Below are positions 53,601 to 62,175 of a stretch of DNA of 64,000 nt, piece by piece. This DNA comes from an uncultured Bacteroides sp. (GTDB taxonomy: Bacteria; Bacteroidota; Bacteroidia; Bacteroidales; GCA-2748055). The stretch is from contig CAZOHA010000009.1 of assembly GCA_964579515.1 (NCBI GenBank), positions 41 to 64,040 of the forward strand, read 5' to 3'. The notes under the pieces are model-generated. The model was not told the origin of the DNA, ran no database searches, and worked only from the letters and a program-made list of their open reading frames with translations. A program made the position numbers and the translations under genes. Every line of letters begins with the position of its first letter. The first letter of the stretch is position 1.

Positions 53601-56288
53601 CTAGAAGTGGATCCCCATCACACAGATATCGTCGATCTGCTCGTAATCGCCTTTCCATTCGTCCAGCGTCCGGGTCATCAGCTGGTGCTGATTGGACATG
53701 GAGAGGCCGGCACTTTCCAGGATCAGTCGCTTGAAGGGGATATATTTGAACTTCTTGCCTCTTTTGCCGCCAAACTGATCGGCATATCCGTCTGTGAAAA
53801 GATACAGGCGATCCCCTTTTTCGATAGGGATCCTTCGGGTGGTAAACTTTTCCATGACGTCGAAAAACGCCACAGGCATGCGGTCGGCCGGAATATCGTA
53901 AAGGGTGTAACCGTTATTCCCCTCTCCTTCCATTACTTTCATACCTTCGATGCCGGGAGGTGCCAGGCCGGTCTCCCTGACCAGATATAGCGAATTGTAT
54001 GCCCCGGCGTATTGCACCAGATTCTCGGAGGGAATGATCTCCACCAGCGACATGTCCATTCCGTCGCGCTGCTCGCCCGGAATCCCTTTTTGTCTCAGGG
54101 CACGGATGACCTCCTTCCGCATCCTTCGAAGCACCACACCCGGATGGGTCAGATACTCTTTCTGGACGATTTCCTTTAACAATGACATCCCGAGTACGCT
54201 CATAAAGGCTCCCGGGACCCCGTGGCCCGTGCAGTCGGCCACCACCAGAACGGTGCTGCCCTCCACCTGGGCCATCCAGTAAAAATCTCCGCTGACCACA
54301 TCCCTGGGTCTGAAGAGCACGAAATAGTCGGAGGCCACCTCCCTGACCGGATCCAGCAAGGGAAGGGTGGCGGATTGAATGCGCTGGGCATATTCGATGC
54401 TCTTCATGAGCTCCCCGTGGTACTCCTCAATTGCCTTTTTCTGGTCGAAAAGCAGGTCGCGCTGGGCCTCCAGCTCGTCACGCTGAGCCTCGATCTCGTC
54501 GCGCTGGCCTTCGATCTCGTCGCGCTGAGCGCTGATCTCTTCGTTCTTCTGCTCTAAATCGTTATTCTTTTCCTCTATTTCCCTCTTCTGCCTGGCCAGG
54601 AGCCTGTTCTTCTTCCGGGTAAGCACCATGCTGAGGGTGATCAGCAGGATCAGCAGGATCATCAAAAGTACGATCCCCATCAGCGCCCGTCGCTGCTGCC
54701 TCTCCTTTTCCAGGGAAAGCTGATCAAGCCGCTGCTGTTGCTCCAGTAACCTGATCTCCTGTTCCGCCTCCTTCTGCTTCCGCTGTTCCTGTTCCAGGGC
54801 CAGCCGGGCAATTCGCTGCTCCTGCTCCAGGATCCGGTTTTGCCGCTCCTGCTGCTCCACCTGGTGCTGCTGCTGAGTGATCACCAGAGACTGCCTCAAC
54901 CGCTCCTCTTCCAGGTTACGGAGCTCGTTCTCCTTTTCCAGCAGATCCCTGGCCTGCTCCTCCCTCTCCAGTTTTAGCGTCAGCCGGTTAATCGTCAGTT
55001 CGCTCAACCGCTCTTCCCTCAACCTAAGCAACAGATCGGTTTCGGATCTTTCCATCCGGTCGAGTCGTTGTTCCACCAGCTGAGTCCTCAGCCTCTCTTC
55101 CAACTGCAGGGAATCCCGAATGGCCAGATACTGCTCGTAATACTCCAGTGCGCTCACCGGATCATTGCCGGCACGCAACACTCTGGAATAGGTCAGGCAT
55201 GCTTCGCTCAAGCGCTTCGGATCGCCTGCCCGCTCAGCCGATTCAATGGCCTCCTCACAATAGTACCCGGCATTATAAAGGTCGTTCTCATTGAAATAGA
55301 TCAAGGCCTGAAGATGCTCAATCCGGGATCTCTCTGCCGGATAACCTCCTTTCCTGATCCCTTCCAGAGCTGCATTCAGGTACTCCCTGGCATCCTCGTT
55401 CTCCCCCATATTCCGGGCACATACTCCCATATTAGCCCTGATCTCCGAGATCCGGCCCTCCGAAAGTCCGGCCGCTTCTGCATGTTGAATGGCTCTTCTG
55501 TAAAAATCCATAGCTTCAGGGTAGCGGTCGAGCGAAGTCAGGTAAAATCCCATGTTGTTCTCCAACAGCGCCAACTCTTCCGTGTGCTCCTGTTTGCCAT
55601 AGTGCGACACCAATCTACCGGTGTATTCCAGTGCCTTACCAAAATCCTTTCCTGCCCTGGCGGCCCGCACCATTCGTATCCAGGCAGACACCGGGTCCTT
55701 GTCCTGGAACAACAGCTCCTTCTCATACCGGGTATAATACTCCATGGCCTCCACGTAACGGCCGCTCCTCAGTGCCGCCGTTCCCATTTTTTCGGTCAGT
55801 TCATCACCCGTAATTGTTCCAATCTCTCCACTGATCGCATCTGATCTCCTGTAATATTCCAATGCCTTTTCAAAAACTTCTGCAGCGGTATATCCATTTC
55901 CCGTTTTCACATATACCCTTGCCATTCCTGAAGAGTCCCCCGAAAATTCCATAATGCTTCCCGCTCTCAGAAAATAGGGGACCGATTCCTCGGCATTACC
56001 AGTCTGCAGGTAAAAGCCACCGATCAACTCCAGGATCATGGCTTCCTGACTGTCCATGTTCCCGCGGATAGCTAACTGCAGTGCCTGTCCGAGAGGATCG
56101 AGTGCTGCGGCTGGCTGACCGGAATCATCCAGTGCTTCAGCTTCCCTGATAAGCTCCAACACTCGTATCGAGTCACCCACCGGGTCCGGCCGGTCCGTCC
56201 CCTGTCCGAAAGAGTTTACCCCGGCCAGCCATCCCATGATAACGAGGGCCGGCAGCAGGAACATACGTTCGGTTTTCATCCAGTGCAT
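53601..56288 (-). CDS. TPR-repeat / coiled-coil / single-TM / SpoIIE (PP2C-like) phosphatase
   Basis: 895-aa ORF. It has a signal peptide, about 450 aa of TPR-like repeats, a Q/E/R-rich coiled coil, the TM helix GIVLLMILLILLITLSMVL and a second coiled coil. The C-terminal PP2C/SpoIIE domain contains SGDFYWM, VADCTGHGVPGA and LFTDGYADQFG. Confidence 0.85.
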   Translation of the reverse strand: MHWMKTERMFLLPALVIMGWLAGVNSFGQGTDRPDPVGDSIRVLELIREAEALDDSGQPAAALDPLGQALQLAIRGNMDSQEAMILELIGGFYLQTGNAEESVPYFLRAGSIMEFSGDSSGMARVYVKTGNGYTAAEVFEKALEYYRRSDAISGEIGTITGDELTEKMGTAALRSGRYVEAMEYYTRYEKELLFQDKDPVSAWIRMVRAARAGKDFGKALEYTGRLVSHYGKQEHTEELALLENNMGFYLTSLDRYPEAMDFYRRAIQHAEAAGLSEGRISEIRANMGVCARNMGENEDAREYLNAALEGIRKGGYPAERSRIEHLQALIYFNENDLYNAGYYCEEAIESAERAGDPKRLSEACLTYSRVLRAGNDPVSALEYYEQYLAIRDSLQLEERLRTQLVEQRLDRMERSETDLLLRLREERLSELTINRLTLKLEREEQARDLLEKENELRNLEEERLRQSLVITQQQHQVEQQERQNRILEQEQRIARLALEQEQRKQKEAEQEIRLLEQQQRLDQLSLEKERQQRRALMGIVLLMILLILLITLSMVLTRKKNRLLARQKREIEEKNNDLEQKNEEISAQRDEIEGQRDEIEAQRDELEAQRDLLFDQKKAIEEYHGELMKSIEYAQRIQSATLPLLDPVREVASDYFVLFRPRDVVSGDFYWMAQVEGSTVLVVADCTGHGVPGAFMSVLGMSLLKEIVQKEYLTHPGVVLRRMRKEVIRALRQKGIPGEQRDGMDMSLVEIIPSENLVQYAGAYNSLYLVRETGLAPPGIEGMKVMEGEGNNGYTLYDIPADRMPVAFFDVMEKFTTRRIPIEKGDRLYLFTDGYADQFGGKRGKKFKYIPFKRLILESAGLSMSNQHQLMTRTLDEWKGDYEQIDDICVMGIHF

Positions 56289-56295
56289 CTGAAAC

Positions 56296-58641
56296 TTATT
56301 TGAGCCTGTATGTCAGACCGAGCCGGAGGTGCCGTCCCAGTTGCGGATTGTAGATCAGATTCTCATCGAGCAGGGTGGCGTTCACACTGCCGTATTTCTC
56401 ATTAAAAACATTAGTGGCCTTCACATATGCATCCAGCCGGTCGCTCAGACCATAGCTCAGCAGAGCATTTAAAGTGTAGTATCCGTCGGTATCACCAAAA
56501 AGATCTTCATACACCTCTTCGAAAGGGATCAGCAGTCTCAGCCACTTGCTCATCCAGTGACTCTCGATTCGTACATACATTCTTTCGACCGGTTGCATGG
56601 AAATATTAAGTTTCCCGTTATGTCTCGGCGTGAGGCTCAGTTGCTCGGCTATGGTTTCGCGCAGTTTGGGGATCCGGTCTTCTCTGTCCTGGAAGGTAAG
56701 GCTCAGCTCAGCATGGAGGTGAATCGCTGCAATAATATCTTTCATCCGGAGGGTGGTCATGCTTCCGTACATATTGGAGACTGCATCCCCGTTATTGATC
56801 CAGACGCTGACACTGTCATTGGACGCACGGGTCAGGCCCAGCTGGTCGGTTCCATATCTTTCCGGTATGATGTGATCGGTGATACGGAAAAGAAAGAAGG
56901 TCTGGTCGATCTCCAGCCTGCGGAAAAGTTTAGTTTTGAATCCTGCCTCCAGGGTAGTGAAGATTTCCGGTTTCAGGTCAGGATTGGGTACCACCATGTA
57001 ATACACCCGGTTGTCCTCTGCCGGATAGGCCATCGACTGATAGGTGACCGAAAGCGCCGGCTCCTTGTAGGCTTTTCCCACCGAAGCGCGGAACGAGGTA
57101 CGCGGGCTGGTCCGGTGCAGCACAGCGATTTGCGGGCTGAGCGCCTGTCCGTAACGGCTGTTCCTGTCATACCGCATTCCTCCCAGAAATCGAAATCTGC
57201 CGGCACGGTAATACGATTGTGCAAATACTGAGGATGTATTATAGGATACAGGATTGAATCCGAAACCATCATCGATCGAATCGAGGTCCACCTGCACCCT
57301 GAAAAGATTGACATCAGCCCGATCGAAAGGGGCCGCGAGAAAGTTGGTCACCGGCAATGCTCCCGACTGGTTGAAGGATATCCCGCCGATCATCTCCAGG
57401 TTCCTGACCGGGTTGAATGTGAAGGTCTGCTCGAAAAAGAAATCGTTGGATACCGAATAGCGGTAGAGTTTGTCCCTGTTCCCAAAGAAGGTGACCCCAT
57501 TGCTGCTGTTGTTGTCCATGGCATAGGAAAGAAAACTCAGCTGGGTGGAGGAGCGGAAATTATTGAAGGTGTGATCGTAGCTCATGTGAGCCCTCTGAAT
57601 AATCTCCCCCCAGTAGTTCTGTGGATTGTTGTACTTATAGAAAACCGGAGAGAGTCCGATGGAGCTGTGCGCCCTTCGGTACATATTCTGGTAGGAAAGT
57701 CCGAATCCTCTGAATTTCAAATGAAAACCTACCTGATACGAGGAAGACCCCATCTCCTCCATTTCGGGCCGGGTCAGATTACCTTCATAACCCGGACCAT
57801 AGTTTTCATGGATGAATTGTTGCACAGAAATATCGGCACCGGTAAAAGACTCTTCATCCATTTGCAGCGGGGAGTAATCAGTGCCATTAATGGTAAAGGT
57901 CTCTCCGTTATACTGGTAATAATTTAGAGGATTGTAGATATCCCCGTACCCCTCCTGTATCTTCAGGTCATCGATCCCCGATTTGCTGCCGTAAAAGGCA
58001 TACTTCAAAATATTATTGTTCCTGCCTCCCTTGCCCCCGATTATAAAATTGGTATAGTGATAGTTCCCCTGTCCGAGGCTCACATCTCCCCGTACAAAGG
58101 TATCCTGCCCGGCATCCTTGGTGATGATATTGATCACTCCTGTCACCGCATCGGCCCCGTATACCGCCGAAGCATTTCCGTAGACCACCTCGATCCTTTC
58201 CGCTTGTCTGACAGGAAGTTGCGAACCGATAGGCATCCCCGACACAGCGGAGGGTTTGATGGGAACCCCGTTGATCAGGATCTTGGTATACAGATTTCCG
58301 GTCATTCCCCAGATCTGAAAAGTCTCCCCCAGCTCCCCTCCCCCGGGCTGCGAGATACGGGTGCCGGGAAGTGCCTGAAGCACATCCGTCAGGGTGTTAT
58401 ATTGATTTCGAAGGATTTCTTCGTGGGAAATCACATAGACCTCCAGCGGCAGGTCCTCAAGGTCCTTAAAAAAACGTCCCGTGGAGATAATTTTCAACCG
58501 GCTGCTGTCGGGCCGGAAGACCAGATCGTCCGCCTGGTGGATTTCCAGGGGGAGCTCCGGAGAAAACGATCCCTCCTGGCCTGTGGCTGGGAAGATGGTT
58601 ATACCGAAGAGAACGGCACCGATGAACGTCTTGTCTTTCAT
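56296..58641 (-). CDS. TonB-dependent receptor
   Basis: 781-aa ORF with a signal peptide, a plug region (RIEVVYGNASAVYGADAVTGVINIITK) and the C-terminal barrel end LRLGLTYRLK. It stops 7 nt upstream of the SpoIIE gene start. Confidence 0.88.
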   Translation of the reverse strand: MKDKTFIGAVLFGITIFPATGQEGSFSPELPLEIHQADDLVFRPDSSRLKIISTGRFFKDLEDLPLEVYVISHEEILRNQYNTLTDVLQALPGTRISQPGGGELGETFQIWGMTGNLYTKILINGVPIKPSAVSGMPIGSQLPVRQAERIEVVYGNASAVYGADAVTGVINIITKDAGQDTFVRGDVSLGQGNYHYTNFIIGGKGGRNNNILKYAFYGSKSGIDDLKIQEGYGDIYNPLNYYQYNGETFTINGTDYSPLQMDEESFTGADISVQQFIHENYGPGYEGNLTRPEMEEMGSSSYQVGFHLKFRGFGLSYQNMYRRAHSSIGLSPVFYKYNNPQNYWGEIIQRAHMSYDHTFNNFRSSTQLSFLSYAMDNNSSNGVTFFGNRDKLYRYSVSNDFFFEQTFTFNPVRNLEMIGGISFNQSGALPVTNFLAAPFDRADVNLFRVQVDLDSIDDGFGFNPVSYNTSSVFAQSYYRAGRFRFLGGMRYDRNSRYGQALSPQIAVLHRTSPRTSFRASVGKAYKEPALSVTYQSMAYPAEDNRVYYMVVPNPDLKPEIFTTLEAGFKTKLFRRLEIDQTFFLFRITDHIIPERYGTDQLGLTRASNDSVSVWINNGDAVSNMYGSMTTLRMKDIIAAIHLHAELSLTFQDREDRIPKLRETIAEQLSLTPRHNGKLNISMQPVERMYVRIESHWMSKWLRLLIPFEEVYEDLFGDTDGYYTLNALLSYGLSDRLDAYVKATNVFNEKYGSVNATLLDENLIYNPQLGRHLRLGLTYRLK

Positions 58642-58712
58642 CTTTGATCCCGGAAAATTTAGTGAATCGGGGCATTCTTCCCAAAGAAGTTATTCAGAGG
58701 ATACTAACAGCG

Positions 58713-60572
58713 TCAGCGTTTGAGGATGACTATCGACCGGGCTGAGGAAGATTCACTCTCCATCTGTACCGCATAGATACCCGGCGGCAGAGAAGCCATA
58801 TCGATCTGTCTCTGGTTGGCCACGGAAAGTACAGGCTCCCCCCGGAGGTTGAAAATGGTAACGCGGAATTCCTTGATGGCCGGATCGATCTCCAGATGGA
58901 TCAGATCCATGGCCGGGTTGGGATAGACACGAATCGCTGTCTCTTCCCTGGCTGGTGTCCAGCCAAAGGAGCTGCCGGTACCGGTCGATCCGGCACACCC
59001 TTCAAATCCCCCTGCTTTATCCCACAGATCCGATTCAGCGGTTCGCAAACCGCACTGATCCCCCACGGGTGTGGCACGGATCTCCAGATAACAGTCGTTC
59101 ACCGCATCATACTCCGGCCATACTGTCATTTCGTCTCCGTTCGGGTTGCCGGTATAAGCGAAGTTGGTCCAGTAGGTGAGCATCTGGTTTTGAACACTGT
59201 CGTCCTGCGGAGTATACCAGGGACCGAATGCCAGGGGAGAATCCTCCCATGTATTGAACAGATAGAGTAATTCCATGCCGTGGTAAGAGCCCCAGTCGCT
59301 CACAATGGGGATGCTCGGACTGTGAGTATGGGTGAAGAAATATCTCCAAACCGGTTCCGCCTGGTTCAGGCTCACGCACCGGGCAGTCCGCCGGGCAGTG
59401 ACAGTGAACTGTGCATCGGTGAGGATCCTTGCGTAGGATTCTCTGGCTTCTTCACCGGTGGAACCGGGTGGATAGATCTCCAGAGCCTCCCCGAGGAGTT
59501 CCTGTGGCACCAGTGAATCCAGAATGGCCGAGACCATAAAGGGGTAGACAGTGGGCGGCACCTGGGGAAGCATCTCGTCGGCATTGGATCCCACGATCAG
59601 CGGAATCCGGTTGAAATTCCCGGTCATGAAAACTGCGGAAGGATGATCCCGGAAAATCCGGCCGTCCACCACCGGCTGCCATGCCAGCTGCACCTTCCCC
59701 CCTCCGGTGGGATGCTCCAGGCCGGCCACCAGGCTGTCGGGGTCCACCTTTCTCATATTTGCGATCTTCTCAGTGTCATCCCCATCGATGATGAAACTGT
59801 CAACAAAATCGATCCCCTCCTGCCTTGCCGTCTCATAATCTCCCAGAAGAGGGGTTCCACTCTGGATAATGGCCCGGTGAAAAAGTCCCGATGCAGTTTC
59901 GGTGGTCAGGAGGTTCCCCACATTCACCCCTCCGGCACTCTCCCCGAAAATGGTCACATTGGAGGGATCGCCCCCGAAAAATGCAATGTTATCCCGGATC
60001 CACTGAAGTGCCAGTATCTGGTCCAATACCCCGTAATTCCCGGAAATGCCATCTGCACTCTCCGTCTCCAGTCCCGGATGGACCAGGTACCCCAGCGGTC
60101 CCAGCCGGTACTGGATGGTCACCAGAACCACATTTCCTCTCCCGGACAGATGCTTCCCGTGGTACAGGACCAGTCCCCCCACCTCCTCGCCGGAGCTGCC
60201 CTGCTGGTTGCCCCCACCGTGAATGAAAACCATCACCGGGAGTGTGGCCGAGGTATCGGGCGACCAGACATTCAGGTAGAGGCAATCCTCCTGCCCCACC
60301 AGGGTAAAAGAAGTGTCGCCCATATCGAATTTTTTCTGCGGACATTTCGGCGGAAATGCCAGGGCCTCATAGGGCTCGTCCCAGGAGTCCGGCGGTACCG
60401 GCGGCCTCCATCGAAGGCTGTCGACGGGCGGGGAAGCGAACGGGATACCAAGAAATTCGAATACCTCCCCGTTCATCTGACCGGTCACCTCGCCATATAA
60501 AGTGGATACTGATTGTGATTTCAGCAGAGGAAGGGAGCAGAGAAGGATGCCTGCGGCGAAGAGGTGTTTCAT
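58713..60572 (-). CDS. Type-B carboxylesterase (alpha/beta hydrolase) with T9SS CTD
   Basis: 619-aa ORF with a signal peptide. Motifs are EDCLYLNVW, VFIHGGG and the nucleophile elbow FGESAGG. The CTD is IRVYPNPAMDLIHLEI...GIYAVQMES. Confidence 0.88.
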   Translation of the reverse strand: MKHLFAAGILLCSLPLLKSQSVSTLYGEVTGQMNGEVFEFLGIPFASPPVDSLRWRPPVPPDSWDEPYEALAFPPKCPQKKFDMGDTSFTLVGQEDCLYLNVWSPDTSATLPVMVFIHGGGNQQGSSGEEVGGLVLYHGKHLSGRGNVVLVTIQYRLGPLGYLVHPGLETESADGISGNYGVLDQILALQWIRDNIAFFGGDPSNVTIFGESAGGVNVGNLLTTETASGLFHRAIIQSGTPLLGDYETARQEGIDFVDSFIIDGDDTEKIANMRKVDPDSLVAGLEHPTGGGKVQLAWQPVVDGRIFRDHPSAVFMTGNFNRIPLIVGSNADEMLPQVPPTVYPFMVSAILDSLVPQELLGEALEIYPPGSTGEEARESYARILTDAQFTVTARRTARCVSLNQAEPVWRYFFTHTHSPSIPIVSDWGSYHGMELLYLFNTWEDSPLAFGPWYTPQDDSVQNQMLTYWTNFAYTGNPNGDEMTVWPEYDAVNDCYLEIRATPVGDQCGLRTAESDLWDKAGGFEGCAGSTGTGSSFGWTPAREETAIRVYPNPAMDLIHLEIDPAIKEFRVTIFNLRGEPVLSVANQRQIDMASLPPGIYAVQMESESSSARSIVILKR

Positions 60573-60788
60573 CTCTTAACGATTAGTTCCAGTTAAAAAC
60601 AAAGAACCCCGGTTCATGGTTCAACTCCTCCCTGACCAGGATCCTGCCGAGCCTTTCATAGGATTGCTTTTCAGAGGTGGATAATGTCCTTCTATACGCC
60701 CTCTTTCCTGGAATGTTGCAGTAACTTTTCTGTCCTGTCTGCGTAAAAAAAACAGAAGTCAAAAAACCCATCACAAAGCACCCTGACT

Positions 60789-61649
60789 ATGAGATTCTTT
60801 CTTGTTTCGACTCTCTCTCTCTTTCTTTTGACCTCCATGGTTGCCCAGGACCTGGTGGTGACCAGAGGGGGGGATTCTATTAACTGTAAGATCGACCGGA
60901 TCACCGGGGAACAGGTATTCTACTCTTTCAGAGATGAATCAGGGATACAACTTAGCTCGGTTATTCCCAGGGACCAGGTCGCATCGTACGATCAACGGTA
61001 TTATACCAGAAAGCTGAAAGACATCAGAAACGAAACCGACTTGTATACATTGTCGCTTGATTTGAAAGGTGGTTACAGCCGCTGGCTGGCAGAAATACAT
61101 CAGGATTTGGGTTTCATTTCCTATCAGGAGGAGATGTTAAATGGCTGGAACATGGGGATTGATGCCTCGTTGTTTTTTGGATACAATTCCGGGATCAGTT
61201 TCAAATACAACAGGTTTTTCACCTCCAACTCCATGGAAAGTGCTCTTTTAAGAAGCACCGGCGGACAACCGTATTTCGGTGAAATGGCGGACAACATTGC
61301 CATCACATATATCGGTCCGGCCTATGCATTCAGAACGGTGTCGGCTGACAGAAAACAGGTATTCACTTCCAGATTGGGCTTTGGTTCGCTCCGATATTAC
61401 AATCATGGAAAACTTGGAGAAGAGATCAGTATATACGGCAATTCCTGGGGGGCTTCACTGGATGCAGGTTATCATAATAATCTGACTGAAAATGTGGGAA
61501 TTGGAATTAAGGCCTCCTTTATCGGAGGTATTCTAACTGAATATGAAGTGGAATTCGGAGGAAGGACCCAAACCATTGAGCTTGACGAAGAGGATTACTG
61601 GTCACTCAGCAGTCTGGATTTAAGCCTGCAGCTGGTCCTATTGTTCTGA
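60789..61649 (+). CDS. Hypothetical outer-membrane beta-barrel-like protein
   Basis: 286-aa ORF with a signal peptide. The C-terminal two thirds have an alternating hydrophobic pattern rich in G, Y and S. Confidence 0.6.
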   Translation: MRFFLVSTLSLFLLTSMVAQDLVVTRGGDSINCKIDRITGEQVFYSFRDESGIQLSSVIPRDQVASYDQRYYTRKLKDIRNETDLYTLSLDLKGGYSRWLAEIHQDLGFISYQEEMLNGWNMGIDASLFFGYNSGISFKYNRFFTSNSMESALLRSTGGQPYFGEMADNIAITYIGPAYAFRTVSADRKQVFTSRLGFGSLRYYNHGKLGEEISIYGNSWGASLDAGYHNNLTENVGIGIKASFIGGILTEYEVEFGGRTQTIELDEEDYWSLSSLDLSLQLVLLF

Positions 61650-61678
61650 AGACAAGCCCCGCCGCCTAAACTGCCGGG

Positions 61679-61815
61679 GCAGCCACTGAACTGCAAACAT
61701 ACTCCAGGGGCAGCCACTCCACTGCGGATGTACTCCAGGTGCACCATTCAACTGCGAACGTACTTCAGCTGCACCACTCAACTGCGAGTGTACTCCAGAT
61801 TCACCACGCCATTCG
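61679..61815. repeat. Tandem repeat with a 30-31-nt unit, about 4.5 diverged copies
   Basis: Units lie at 61679..61709, 61710..61740, 61741..61770 and 61771..61801, with a partial copy after them. All share the core CACTSAACTGCRRRYRTACTYCAG. There are no intervening spacers. Confidence 0.85.
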
Positions 61816-62163
61816 GATAGGAGTGGCAGTCTTCCAGGCGAAACCCGGATTCGGCAGGGGATCCTTCGAACAGCGGGATCCCGGAGCCCAGGACCAGCGG
61901 AAACACCGCCAGGATCATCCGGTCGAGCGGGAAAAAACATAGTTGGTGGTATCCCGGTAGGGAAAGGGTCCTCCGAATCCCAGAATGAGCTGATAGGTGT
62001 TATTGCCCATGAGCGTGGTATCCACACTCTTCAGAAACTCTTCATATCCGAAATCCTCCCCGGGCAGAGTAAACCGGGGATATTCCAGCCAGTCCACCCG
62101 ACCGTCGGTCCGGGCGATATAGCTGTCCAGGCTGGACGCAGAATAGAGGATGACCTCCCGCAT
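61778..62163 (-). pseudogene. RibD_C/dihydrofolate-reductase-family gene with an internal deletion plus a frameshift
   Basis: The N-terminal 82 aa (MREVILYSASSLDSYIARTDGRVDWLE...NYVFSRSTG*) stop at 61915. A different frame then continues DRMILAVFPLVLGSGIPLFEGSPAESGFRLEDCHSYPNGVVNLEYTRS*, ending at 61778. The roughly 40-aa central segment typical of this family is missing. Confidence 0.65.
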
Positions 62164-62175
62164 ACCGGGACTTAC

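Noticed and set aside
61679-61815. Possible CRISPR array or REP element
   Set aside because: The units are directly adjacent with no spacers. They are diverged copies of one another and correspond to the 3' end of the adjacent pseudogene. No cas genes are present in the window.
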